Shown: positions 20,258-30,141, counted from the stretch's first letter. The stretch is 64,000 bases of DNA from an uncultured Candidatus Saccharibacteria bacterium (GCA_948944455.1 CARBES010000001.1:981-64980), one strand, 5' to 3'. Notes: a model not told the origin generated them from the sequence alone. Numbers and translations are program-made.

Positions 20258-20404
20258 ATGAAAAAACAGCAATATATCATAGTTAATCAGTCAGATTTTA
20301 GAAACTTGTCTAGCGGTTCTCAAAGGATGACCGCAGAACAGAAAAAGGATTGGCAGAAAAGAATTAAAAAAATTGTTGACAACTATGATTACCAGTCTGT
20401 CTAG
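20258..20404 (+). CDS. 48-aa small protein upstream of PIN-domain gene (possible antitoxin)
   Basis: GGAG RBS and TGATATAAT promoter; MKKQQYIIVNQSDFRNLSSGSQRMTAEQKKDWQKRIKKIVDNYDYQSV*. Confidence 0.45.
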   Translation: MKKQQYIIVNQSDFRNLSSGSQRMTAEQKKDWQKRIKKIVDNYDYQSV

Positions 20405-20447
20405 CCTGCAATATTAAACAATAAATGGCTCCTCCTATCTACTGTAT

Positions 20448-21053
20448 ATGCCCAATTTATTCTATAACCCCAATTTGCCAGAAAAACTGAAAAAGTCAGG
20501 TCTAGTGATTGACACCAATGTGCTAGTCCAGGCAGCAATGTCTCCAGAATTACAAGAGCTATTGATAAGCATTCGCAAGGCGGGCTGTTTTGTTTTCACT
20601 ACAAGCAATGTTCGCTCTGAGTTCTTACGCGGGGCAGCAAGCTTAGAAAACCGTAACAACCTCGAGAGGCTCTTTGGCGAGCTGGGTGTACCTCTAATCC
20701 AGGGCATCGACAGCAACATGTTCTCAAAAGAAGCCGCTAGATTTCAACTTCTACTTCATAAATTGGTACCAAAAGCTAGCATTCCAGACGAAGAACTTTT
20801 GTTTATTGCAGCAAAATATAAGGTTAGTAAAAATGACGAAACTGTCAAATTCGGCGTTAAGCTATTGAGCGGCAACCACAAGGATGTTCCGCCGGCATTG
20901 TATGAGTGTGAGGACGTAATTAGTATATATGGCAAGGGTGACGGCGGCAAGGGTGAAGTTCGTAGCCTAGCTATATACTCGATTAAGACTAGCCGCTTTA
21001 ACGAAAAGATGGCTGATAATTCAGTAACCCTTGCCACAGAGATAAAATTGTAG
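20448..21053 (+). CDS. PIN domain-containing protein
   Basis: LVIDTNVL, V..EFLRGA, SIPDEELL, LLSGNHKDV. Confidence 0.75.
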   Translation: MPNLFYNPNLPEKLKKSGLVIDTNVLVQAAMSPELQELLISIRKAGCFVFTTSNVRSEFLRGAASLENRNNLERLFGELGVPLIQGIDSNMFSKEAARFQLLLHKLVPKASIPDEELLFIAAKYKVSKNDETVKFGVKLLSGNHKDVPPALYECEDVISIYGKGDGGKGEVRSLAIYSIKTSRFNEKMADNSVTLATEIKL

Positions 21054-21087
21054 TAAAATAGTCAAAACAAAAGGAGTTTAATACCAT

Positions 21088-21735
21088 ATGTCTAATCAAT
21101 TAGTTTTGGAGAAACGCACCGAGAGCGGCCGCAAGGCGAAGGCTCTACGTGCTGCTGGCTTGATTCCGTCGGTGGTCTATGGCCTCGAAACGCCGATTCT
21201 TGCCTCTTCTACTTATAATGCAACCGAGAAAGTCTTGCTCGAAGCTGGCTATCACTCGCCGATTGAGCTCATGATCGACGGTAAGCCACAGCTCGCTATC
21301 GCTAAGGATATCGCGGTCGACCCAGTTAGTCGTCGTATTATTAACGTCGAGTTCCAAGCGGTCTCTGCCGACGAAATCGTCGAAGCGACTACTCCGATTC
21401 GTATCGCAAACTACGAGCAGTCCGAAGCTTCGAAGCTCCACTATGTCTTGCTTCAGGTTATGGAAGAGATCGACGTCAAGGCCAAACCAGCCGATCTTCC
21501 GGAAGAGTTGGTTGCCGACGGCGCCAAGCTCGCTGGTCTTGATGGTAAGTTGACGGTTGCTGATCTCCAGATGCCGAATGGCGTTGAGCTAGTTGATAAG
21601 GAGCTCAGTGAGAACACTGTTATTGCGAACGTTTACGATCCGGCTGCTGAGGCTGCTGCTCGTGAAGCTGAAGCTGAAACGCCGGCTACCGAAGCCGCCG
21701 AGGCTCCTGCCGCCGAAGCTGAAAAAGCCGAGTAA
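21088..21735 (+). CDS. rplY: 50S ribosomal protein L25 (Ctc form)
   Basis: KALRAAGLIPSVVYG, DPVSRRIINVEF, P.DLPEEL and an acidic tail. Confidence 0.93.
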   Translation: MSNQLVLEKRTESGRKAKALRAAGLIPSVVYGLETPILASSTYNATEKVLLEAGYHSPIELMIDGKPQLAIAKDIAVDPVSRRIINVEFQAVSADEIVEATTPIRIANYEQSEASKLHYVLLQVMEEIDVKAKPADLPEELVADGAKLAGLDGKLTVADLQMPNGVELVDKELSENTVIANVYDPAAEAAAREAEAETPATEAAEAPAAEAEKAE

Positions 21736-21776
21736 ACTTGTAATATTTTGCTATATAATCTCAATATTGCTGCCAC

Positions 21777-21800
21777 AGAGCTCCCGCTAGGGGAGCTTTT
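21777..21800 (+). terminator. Rho-independent terminator
   Basis: AGAGCTCCC-GCTA-GGGAGCTTTT. Confidence 0.7.
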
Positions 21801-21929
21801 GGCTTATAAAATTCTATTCTTGCCAATATAAACATAAAAATTATTGACAATTTTGCAAATCTATGCTACAATGGCAGTAGACGATCTTTCTTGAAAAGGG
21901 AAGATAGTAGATTTTGAGGAGTTGATTGT

Positions 21930-22370
21930 ATGTTATTCCGTAATCTGCGCCATGGATCGAACAGCCGCCGCACTGTGGGCAACCCTCACTGTATCAGTGA
22001 AAGCCTGATTATACGAGAATTCGTGGGCGGCAATGTCGGACCCAGCTACAGCGAAGCCTACCGGTTCTATATGAACGAGTTTCGCACCCATATCCCGCAG
22101 GGCGGGTTCTGCTTGGTCTGCGGCTTTACTCTGATCGCGACTGCGGTTCGGGTATTTGCCGCGCTAAAAACTCAGAACGGTTTCTTCCATGATACCACAG
22201 GTGCGAGTATTACTGCCTTCTTGGCCGCCATGTGCCTGCTTTGCGGATATGGCTGGCTGATGCCGCGCCGGGAAGCTCACCGCTTCGCACGCTACGCCTG
22301 CGGTCAGACCGACAACGTTCGAACTGCCTACGCTCGGGCGGTGCAAAACGGCATCTGTGCCGACATCTAA
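21930..22370 (+). CDS. Hypothetical membrane protein (ORFan-like)
   Basis: Own TTGACA-17-TACAAT promoter (21844-21872), GAGGAG RBS, 2 TM helices and a downstream hairpin at 22454-22481. Confidence 0.6.
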   Translation: MLFRNLRHGSNSRRTVGNPHCISESLIIREFVGGNVGPSYSEAYRFYMNEFRTHIPQGGFCLVCGFTLIATAVRVFAALKTQNGFFHDTTGASITAFLAAMCLLCGYGWLMPRREAHRFARYACGQTDNVRTAYARAVQNGICADI

Positions 22371-22628
22371 GACCTAACTATCGTAGGTGATTCGTCGCGC
22401 AATTTAACTTGCGCAATCAGAGTCCAACAACCATAGTAAGCAACTTCTTTCGCAAATGGCGCCGGGTAACTGGCGCCATTTTAGCCTTATAAACCTCCCG
22501 CCCTGGCTAGAATATATACTTAAGGCTAGAAAAGTAAAAACGGCCGCAACAGAACGTTGCGGCCGGGCATGAAAGGTGCTGCGTTGTGCTGGTGGTTAAA
22601 TCTAGGCATGGTTATTCAGTGAGGCGGG

Positions 22629-23009
22629 TTAAACTACGCTGGGGAACTGCCGTTGCACCAAATCGATGATGTCACGGCGGAGCGCGTCAATGTCGTCCGG
22701 GCTGTAGGCGGGCTTTCCGTTCATGATTTGCGTGATCGCATCTGTGGTACTCTGAGGCGTGCCGTGCGGCGACTCCAAGTAGGAAACCAGCTCGCGGCAC
22801 TCGCCACAGGCGTCCTGCAGATCATCCGTCGCCTCAAAATATCCGATTAGTTCGTTAGGGGTCTTCTCGTACCCGTCCATGGCGCCGGACTGGAAAATCT
22901 CGTCAATATTGCTCAAAATCCGTTTCAGTTTGTCTTGAGGAATGTCTTCCTGGCGGCGACAGTGCTGGACGGCGAGCCTCTCATGAAGAGTGTTGACACC
23001 TTTTCCCAT
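22629..23009 (-). CDS. Hypothetical protein (ORFan-like, GC-rich)
   Basis: Own promoter (23106-23078), AAAGGA RBS before ATG 23009 and a terminator hairpin at 22541-22565. Confidence 0.65.
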   Translation of the reverse strand: MGKGVNTLHERLAVQHCRRQEDIPQDKLKRILSNIDEIFQSGAMDGYEKTPNELIGYFEATDDLQDACGECRELVSYLESPHGTPQSTTDAITQIMNGKPAYSPDDIDALRRDIIDLVQRQFPSVV

Positions 23010-23135
23010 TTCACAATCGTTCCTTTCTGTCAAAAATCGCCAAAAGGCGTGCGACGCATAGAAATGCATACCTTTTCATTGTAGCACAGATTCACAATTT
23101 TGTCAATAAGTAATACATATTTTTGCCAGCTAGGA

Positions 23136-23583
23136 CTAGCTTAACCTTCTCCATCCTCCCTTGATTACTCTCTATGGCTAGACAACGGAGGGAGTAACCA
23201 CGTTGAACAGAATATGAGGTGCTAGATATGATTCTTTCTTCAAGGACAAATCGCCCGGCCCGACCCGTTCCTAGTGCATTGCCACCCCAGTACTCACCAT
23301 CCCAACCTGGCAGATGATAAGTATGATCATTATCGAATATCCCGCTGCGGACGACATACTTTTCTTCGTCCGCAGCGGGTATCCAAATCATTGGTCCGGA
23401 GTTTTTCGAGAAGGTGGTAGTTATAATTATTCTTGGGCAGGTCAAGCAAAAAACGATAGCTCGGACTATTCTTTATGTTTAGGTATATGGCCGTCTGTAA
23501 GCAATACTAACTATGAGGCGTATAGATATTTCGCACCTTCCCTCCGTTGTCTAGCCATAGAGTAATCAAGGGAGGATGAAGAA
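23136..23583. repeat. Cassette locus 3: divergent cassette pair in nested inverted repeats (short central spacer)
   Basis: Minus arm VVRSGIFDNDHTYHLPGWDGEYWGG...QRGYSLRCLAIES; plus arm 23365-23565 FVRSGYPNHWSG...YRYFAPSLRCLAIE*. Confidence 0.93.
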
Positions 23584-23864
23584 GAAAAAGAAGCTGGCTT
23601 TCTGATTTTTCTAAAGGTGGGTCTACTATTCTCTACGAGAGGATCCGGACTTACGAGCGCCGATTCAAACATCTGAGAGAAAAGATAATCTTGCTATCTT
23701 TTCCGAAGATGAGCAGAATCGGGAAGCTCCAAAGGAGCCGATGGTTAAGCGCGCCATACCCGCAACGGCGGGCTATGGCGACGCGGGCCGAGAAAAGAGC
23801 CATTAACAAACTACTGGACTAGGAACGAATATTATCTTTCCATCATTTATGTTATAATATTCTC

Positions 23865-25040
23865 ATGAATCCCCAGATTTATCTTGATCATGCCGCCGCT
23901 ACTCCGGTTAGCCCGAAAGCACTCGCCGCGATGCAGCCTTATTTTTCTGAGCTCTTTTATAACCCTTCCGCCCCTTATCTTCCAGCTAAGCGAGTGCGCG
24001 AGGCTTATGAGATGGCGAAGGACACGATTGCGCACGTAATTGGCGCGAAGGGGGTTGATCTAGTGATTACCTCTGGAGCAACCGAATCTATTAACCTAGC
24101 GTTCACGTCTTGTCGGGGTAAAGTCCTTACTTTGCCGATTGAGCACGCGGCGGTGCTAGAAGCTGCTAAATTGCATGATTACGACTTGATTAAGGTGAAT
24201 CGCACTGGGCTGATTGATCTAGCGGATTTTCGGCAAAAACTTACGCCAGATGTTGAACTAGTCTCGGTTTCGTTGGCAAATAATGAGCTTGGCACGATTC
24301 AGCCGCTCGCCGAAATTGCCGAAATCATCCGCGCCGAACGTCAAAGCCGCCTCGGAAATGACAATTCTACGCCTCTATATTTTCATTCCGACGCTTCGCA
24401 AGCTCTTAATTTGCTGGATATTAACGTCGCGCGCTTAGGCGTAGACCTTTTAACGCTTAACGCCGCTAAATGTGGCGGACCGAAAGGAGTCGGAGCACTC
24501 TATTTGGCGCATGGTGTTAAGTTATCTCCGGTTGCGGTTGGTGGTGGTCAGGAGCGTGGCTTACGTAGTGGTACTGAGAATGTCCCCGGCGTAATCGGCT
24601 TTGCGACGGCAGCTTCCGAGGCGAAAGCACATCTCGCTGGTAGCCGCAAAAAATATCAAGAAATGGCAAAAGTCTTACGTGCTGAGTTGGCTAATCTTGC
24701 AGAATCTAGCCATTTTCCGGCGCCAGTTTTCCTTGGTAATCCAAAGCATCAGCTAGCGAATTTTGCCCCGGTATGCTTTCCGGGTCTAGACGCAGAGCGT
24801 CTGATCTATAAGCTCGAACAGCAGGGAATTTACTTGTCGACTGGTGCCGCTTGTGCTGCAAATAAGGGCAACAAATCGCATGTGTTGGCGGCGATCGGTC
24901 TTTCTGATCCGGAAATCGCCGGCTCGCTTCGGATATCGCTTGGCAGTACGAATACGCTTGAACAAATCAAGCGAGCCGCTCTTGCTATCCGTGAAGCGGT
25001 CGAGCAAGAATATCGTCGTCTAGCGAAAGCTACTTTGTAA
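23865..25040 (+). CDS. iscS: Cysteine desulfurase (IscS/NifS family)
   Basis: IYLDHAAATP, TSGATES, NNELGTIQP, GPKGVGAL, RSGTENVPG, STGAAC; adjacent to mnmA. Confidence 0.9.
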   Translation: MNPQIYLDHAAATPVSPKALAAMQPYFSELFYNPSAPYLPAKRVREAYEMAKDTIAHVIGAKGVDLVITSGATESINLAFTSCRGKVLTLPIEHAAVLEAAKLHDYDLIKVNRTGLIDLADFRQKLTPDVELVSVSLANNELGTIQPLAEIAEIIRAERQSRLGNDNSTPLYFHSDASQALNLLDINVARLGVDLLTLNAAKCGGPKGVGALYLAHGVKLSPVAVGGGQERGLRSGTENVPGVIGFATAASEAKAHLAGSRKKYQEMAKVLRAELANLAESSHFPAPVFLGNPKHQLANFAPVCFPGLDAERLIYKLEQQGIYLSTGAACAANKGNKSHVLAAIGLSDPEIAGSLRISLGSTNTLEQIKRAALAIREAVEQEYRRLAKATL

Positions 25041-25127
25041 GATAAAGGCCTACGAAAATCTTAATCACGAAACTCTCAATACCGGCAGTTTTCTAGCTAA
25101 AAAACGAAAATATGCTATAATATAGGC

Positions 25128-26288
25128 ATGAAAAAGCGCGTTTTTCTCGGTATGTCTGGCGGAGTCGACTCGAGCATGTCGGCGGTCTTGCTAAAAGAGC
25201 AAGGCTATGATGTTACTGGGATTTATATGAAAAATTGGTCTCAGGACCTCCCCGGCATGAAGTGCCCTTGGGCGGAGGATCTCGCCGATGCAAAACGCGT
25301 TGCGGTGCAGCTCGACCTCGACTTCGAAGTCTGGGATTTTGAAGCTGACTATAAGCAGAAAGTCGTCGATTATATGTTGGCTGAGTTTCAAAAGGGGCGT
25401 ACGCCGAACCCGGATGTGATTTGTAATGAACTGATCAAGTTTAAGCTGTTCTACGACCAGGCGATCGCTCGTGGTGCCGATTATATCGCAACTGGCCATT
25501 ATGCTCGCACCCGTAACGACGGGCTACGAAAACGCCGTGTCTCTGGTGAGGACATAGCCCCAACTCATCTACTACGCGCTCGAGACAAGAACAAGGACCA
25601 AACCTACTTCCTCTATCGCATGAGCGATGCTGCTACGGCACGAACTATCTTTCCGGTCGGAGATCTGACGAAGCCTGAAGTGAAGCGGCTTGCTGCCCAG
25701 CATGGTCTTGACGTTGCGACGAAGAAAGAATCTATGGGTGTGTGCTTTGTTGGTGAGGTGGGTATGAAAGACTTTTTGCGCGAATATCTTGATGCTAAAC
25801 CCGGCGAAATTCGCGAAGCGGAGACTGGCGCTGTACTCGGTTATCATGACGGAGCAATTTTCTATACCGTAGGGCAGCGTCACGGTCTTTATCTTGGCGG
25901 TGGTTTGCCTTATTATGTCGTACGTAAAGACCTGGCTCGGAACATTGTCTATGTTTCAAAAAATCTTAATGCTGAAGATCTCTGGGCGACCGAGTTGCGA
26001 CTAGAGGATTTGCATTTGCGAAATGGCTTAACGACCGAAGATTTAGTAAAAATACCCAACCTCCAGGTGCGCCTGCGTCACCGCGCTCCATTGATTAATG
26101 TGAATGCTGAAGTAGTATCTTCTTTGAGGGGACCCAGAGTTACGACGCGCTCCGAGAAGGAGGGTACGGTCTTAGCAGAGGGGCTAGTTATAAAGTTCGG
26201 TGGTGCCGTGAAACGTCCGGCGGCCGGTCAATCCGCCGTCCTCTACTCTGGCGAAGTCTGTCTGGGCGGCGGAATCGTTGCGGAATAG
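25128..26288 (+). CDS. mnmA: tRNA 2-thiouridine(34) synthase
   Basis: MSGGVDSS, TPNPDVICN, ATGHYAR, KDQTYFL, GQSAVLY. Confidence 0.97.
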   Translation: MKKRVFLGMSGGVDSSMSAVLLKEQGYDVTGIYMKNWSQDLPGMKCPWAEDLADAKRVAVQLDLDFEVWDFEADYKQKVVDYMLAEFQKGRTPNPDVICNELIKFKLFYDQAIARGADYIATGHYARTRNDGLRKRRVSGEDIAPTHLLRARDKNKDQTYFLYRMSDAATARTIFPVGDLTKPEVKRLAAQHGLDVATKKESMGVCFVGEVGMKDFLREYLDAKPGEIREAETGAVLGYHDGAIFYTVGQRHGLYLGGGLPYYVVRKDLARNIVYVSKNLNAEDLWATELRLEDLHLRNGLTTEDLVKIPNLQVRLRHRAPLINVNAEVVSSLRGPRVTTRSEKEGTVLAEGLVIKFGGAVKRPAAGQSAVLYSGEVCLGGGIVAE

Positions 26289-26447
26289 AAGACGAGCTAT
26301 GCTCTGCCCGACCCCATCATGGCCGACGCCGTCCGACGTTCTGGGTTTCTGCGAACGCCTGGCGAACGCAGAGTAGCCATATGAGGCATCAAACCTTCTC
26401 AAAACAACACAAAGGCTCCGCAAGGGGTCTTACCTTTTGTAAAAAAT

Positions 26448-26470
26448 GGCCGCTCCATATAGGGGCGGCC
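26448..26470 (-). terminator. Terminator hairpin after apt
   Basis: GGCCGCTCC/GGGGCGGCC stem with an A-run on the + strand (U-run on the - strand). Confidence 0.65.
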
Positions 26471-26490
26471 GTAGTTAAAGCGGAAGGGAA

Positions 26491-27057
26491 TCAGTACCGC
26501 AGCACGGAACATAGCTTGTAGCCGGCAGCTTCCAGTCGCTTGCGCCCACCCAGCTCGGTCAGCTCGATCAGGGTCGCAATCTCCAGCACGGTGCCACCCT
26601 GATCCTCAATCATCTTGGCCGTGGCCTCCAGCGTACCGCCGGTCGCGATCAGGTCGTCGACGATGATAACGCGGTCGCCTTGCTTGATCAGACCATTCTG
26701 AAGCTCCAGGGTATCGTTGCCGTACTCATTACCGTAGTTCACGGTAGAGGTGGAACCAGGCGTCCGACCGGGCTTACGCACTGGGACGAACCCCAGGTTG
26801 TTGTAACTGGCGATCGCCGGGCCAAACAGAAAACCGCGCGCTTCCGTGCTCACGATCAGGTCGGCTTCGTCCTCGGCGCTATAGCTTCGACCCAGTCCTT
26901 CGTCGATCAGCACGACCAGGTCATCCATGGCTTCGCCAAAGGCATTACTATCTGCCAGCAACGGCAGAATATCATAGAACCTCTTGACGCCCTTAAACTC
27001 GCAAATGCGAATCCTCTCCGCCCAGTTAGGTCTCTTTGTGCCAGTATGATTACTCAT
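26491..27057 (-). CDS. apt: Adenine phosphoribosyltransferase
   Basis: FYDILPLL, EARGFLFG, VRKPG, VIIVDDLIATGGT. Confidence 0.93.
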   Translation of the reverse strand: MSNHTGTKRPNWAERIRICEFKGVKRFYDILPLLADSNAFGEAMDDLVVLIDEGLGRSYSAEDEADLIVSTEARGFLFGPAIASYNNLGFVPVRKPGRTPGSTSTVNYGNEYGNDTLELQNGLIKQGDRVIIVDDLIATGGTLEATAKMIEDQGGTVLEIATLIELTELGGRKRLEAAGYKLCSVLRY

Positions 27058-27329
27058 ACATCTTCACATCCCTTCAAAGTTACTCTCCCTCGCTAGACTA
27101 TAGCAAAATACCACTAGTAGACCTTAGCGAGAGGGCATTATCATATTAGCATGTATCTTCTTTTTTGTCAATGACGTAAGCATTTCGAGTAAGGTTGAGT
27201 CTCGCGAAGACAAAAAATGGGCCCCAAAATGGGGCCCTGGTGTCACCTACTTTCTAAGAAAGGTTTTGTCTAGTTGATTTGTACCTGGCTATACAACTAA
27301 ATGCTAATCTTATAGCGTTAGGTTGAGCC

Positions 27330-27929
27330 CTAAACGGGCAACGCGTCGTCGCTGGGGGCAGGAATCGTCATGTCGACGGTGAAACCGTCCAGCTGAGCGA
27401 TCAGATCATCGTAATCCGCCGGAGCCAAGTCTTTCAGCTCGGTGTAGATTGCTGACAATTCGTCGGCGCTATAGAGCCGAGCCAACGCGTCGGCCCCCTC
27501 CTCGCCATATTCGGCCGCCAGCCGGCTAGCCAAGTCGAGGAAACGGTAGTACCGCATGCTGATGCCGCAAGGGATATTTATGTTGCTTACCCAAAGGCTA
27601 CCGTCCGAATCGTAATATGTCGGGCAAACCCTGTTTGCGATGAAGACGATCTTTGTGACGTCTGCCAGCTTGATGGACGCGTGGAACGCGCCGTTGTGAT
27701 AGCCGTCGGAGACGGTCTCGAAGCGAACCTGCTCTGCCAGCCAGTTACGCTGCTCGCTGATCACGGGGTCCTCATCGGTGCCGACAGGGGCGTCGGGCCT
27801 AATGAGCGTGGACTCCGTTGTCTCGGGTCTGAGCAGGAAATCATCCGGCGCCTCGGCGGCGGATGCGGTGCAGGCCAGAGCCATAGTCATCAGGGCCATC
27901 AGGATCATGCTGGTAAGGAACTTTTTCAT
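27330..27929 (-). CDS. Hypothetical secreted protein (ORFan-like, GC-rich)
   Basis: Signal peptide MKKFLTSMILMALM...ASA, own promoter 28034-28006 and terminator hairpin 27219-27237. Confidence 0.7.
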   Translation of the reverse strand: MKKFLTSMILMALMTMALACTASAAEAPDDFLLRPETTESTLIRPDAPVGTDEDPVISEQRNWLAEQVRFETVSDGYHNGAFHASIKLADVTKIVFIANRVCPTYYDSDGSLWVSNINIPCGISMRYYRFLDLASRLAAEYGEEGADALARLYSADELSAIYTELKDLAPADYDDLIAQLDGFTVDMTIPAPSDDALPV

Positions 27930-28162
27930 GTTTTCAACCTCGCCTTTCTTCGAACAATGGTGGAAGGAACAAGGCTCAGCGGTATTAACCGCCGCACCTG
28001 CTTTCATTGTAGCACACAAATTAAAAAATGTCAATACTATTTATGGCTTTTGTATATAAAATCAACTCCCATTCCATAAAACTAGGTAAATATAGCACTA
28101 TAGCGGCATTACTCGGGCTAGTCTTTCTCTATACAGCGGTATTTATATGCTATAATATCTCT

Positions 28163-30064
28163 ATGAACGCAAACGAAATTCGCCAAAAATTCTTAGATTT
28201 TCAAGTTAAGCATGGACATAAAGTCATTCCGCCGGCGCCGCTCGTACTCGAGAACGACCCGACGACGCTTTTTACCGGCTCGGGTATGCAGCCGCTTTTG
28301 CCATATCTGCTAGGTCAGCCACATCCGGAAGGCACGCGTCTGACCGATTCTCAGCCTTCGATGCGTCTTCAGGATATTGAAGACGTGGGCGATCCGCGTC
28401 ACACTACAGTCTTCGAAATGCTGGGTAACTGGTCGTTAGGCGATTATTTTAAGAAAGAGCAGATTGAGAATTATTTTGAGTTTTTGACTAAAGAAATCGG
28501 TCTCGACCCGGAGCGAATTTACGTTACTTGTTTTATTGGCAATGAGAAATATGGTATCCCGAAAGATACCGAGGCGGCCGAAATCTGGCAGGAAGTCTTC
28601 AAAAAGGCTGGCGTTGAGGCAAAAATTGCTGAAATCGGTTCGGCCAAGGTTGGCGACGAACGTGGAATTAAACCTGGTGAGCGTATTTTCTTCTACGATG
28701 ACAAAGAGAACTGGTGGAGCCGTGGCGGCGGCATCGAGACGACCCCGCTAGGTGATCCGTGTGGTCCGGACTCGGAGGTTTTCTACGATTTCGGTGAAGA
28801 CAAACAAGATGTTGAAAAATATGGTAAATCACATCCGGCTTCGGACGGTGCGCGCTTCATGGAAATTGGTAACCAAGTCTTTATGCAGTATAAGCGCAAT
28901 GAGGATGGAACCTTTACTGAGCTTGAGCACAAAAATGTTGACTTTGGTGGCGGATTAGAGCGCCTTGCGGCGGCGGCAATGGGGAGCTTCGATGTCTTTA
29001 AAATTTCGCTGATGGCGCCAATTATCGAGAAGCTTGAGGAGCTCTCGCACAAAAAATATGATAATAATACCGACGAAATGCGGATTATTGCTGACCATTT
29101 GCGCGGAGCCTATCTGCTTGCGGCGCAGGGCCTTGTTCCTTCGAACAAGGCGCAGGGCTACGCCCTGCGACGGCTCGTTCGACGAGCCGTCCTGCGCGCG
29201 CTTGATCTTGGTATTGGCCAAGAATTTCTTGCTGAGATTATTCCAGTAATCGCCGAGAATTATACTGAGCTTTCGGATGATATTCTACCGAACCGCAAAA
29301 ACGTGCTCGAAGTCCTCACTCAGGAGGAAAACGCCTTCCGTAAGACCATCACTAAAGGTGTCAAAGAGCTGCAGAAAATGGCTAAAGAAGATAAAACTAT
29401 TGATGGTAGGGAACTCTTCAAGCTTCAGGATACCTACGGCTTCCCGCTTGAGCTTAGTGTTGAAGAGGTTTATAAGATGGGGCTTGATCTCTCGAAAAAC
29501 TATCGAGACGAATTTGAAGCGGCCCTAAATGAGCAACGTGAGCGTAGCAAAACTGCTTCAAAGGGCATGTTCAAGGGCGGCCTCTCCGACACCAGTGACC
29601 AGACCGTGAAATACCACACTGCTTGCCATCTTCTTCTTGCTGCCTTACAACAGGAGATTGACTCATCAATCGAACAGAAGGGTTCCAATCTTACTCCAGA
29701 GCGTTTGCGATTTGATTTTAATATTGATCACAAACTGACGCCGGAAGAACTTGCTAAGGTCGAGGCGCGTGTTAACCAGTGGATCGAGGCCGACTTACCA
29801 GTAGTTTATGCCGAATACGATAAAGATTATGCTTTTGATGATTTGCGTGCACATGGTAGTTTCCGTGACCGCTATCCAGACCGAGTGACGGTTTATGCGA
29901 TTGGTCGGGGCGGCGATACGCCAGAAGAATTGAAAGAAGTTATCTCGATGGAAATTTGTGGCGGTCCGCACGTCGAGCATACCGGCGTCCTCGGAAAGTT
30001 CAAAATCACGAAAGAGGAATCATCGTCCGCTGGTGTACGCCGAGTAAAGGCAGTGCTAGAATAG
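28163..30064 (+). CDS. alaS: Alanine--tRNA ligase (short form lacking C-Ala domain)
   Basis: TLFTGSGMQP, FEMLGNWS, GPDSE, IIADHLR, DTYGFP, editing motifs HTACH and ICGGPH; ends at GVRRVKAVLE. Confidence 0.96.
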   Translation: MNANEIRQKFLDFQVKHGHKVIPPAPLVLENDPTTLFTGSGMQPLLPYLLGQPHPEGTRLTDSQPSMRLQDIEDVGDPRHTTVFEMLGNWSLGDYFKKEQIENYFEFLTKEIGLDPERIYVTCFIGNEKYGIPKDTEAAEIWQEVFKKAGVEAKIAEIGSAKVGDERGIKPGERIFFYDDKENWWSRGGGIETTPLGDPCGPDSEVFYDFGEDKQDVEKYGKSHPASDGARFMEIGNQVFMQYKRNEDGTFTELEHKNVDFGGGLERLAAAAMGSFDVFKISLMAPIIEKLEELSHKKYDNNTDEMRIIADHLRGAYLLAAQGLVPSNKAQGYALRRLVRRAVLRALDLGIGQEFLAEIIPVIAENYTELSDDILPNRKNVLEVLTQEENAFRKTITKGVKELQKMAKEDKTIDGRELFKLQDTYGFPLELSVEEVYKMGLDLSKNYRDEFEAALNEQRERSKTASKGMFKGGLSDTSDQTVKYHTACHLLLAALQQEIDSSIEQKGSNLTPERLRFDFNIDHKLTPEELAKVEARVNQWIEADLPVVYAEYDKDYAFDDLRAHGSFRDRYPDRVTVYAIGRGGDTPEELKEVISMEICGGPHVEHTGVLGKFKITKEESSSAGVRRVKAVLE

Positions 30065-30141
30065 CCGACACTAATTTAAGCAGTTCTTATCGCCTATATT
30101 TTGGCAATTTCGCATCATTCTTATGCTAAAATAAGAAGATA

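Noticed and set aside
23092..23565. ORF-track proteins 23092-23445(-), 23314-23565(+) and 38162-38365(-) as ordinary genes
   Set aside because: Their starts are incidental codons inside the opposite arm or the variable region, with no RBS or promoter. They are better explained as start-less cassettes.
27058..27137. Purine riboswitch upstream of apt
   Set aside because: The leader forms a hairpin (CTCTCGCTA/TAGCGAGGG) but lacks the three-way junction and conserved purine-aptamer nucleotides.
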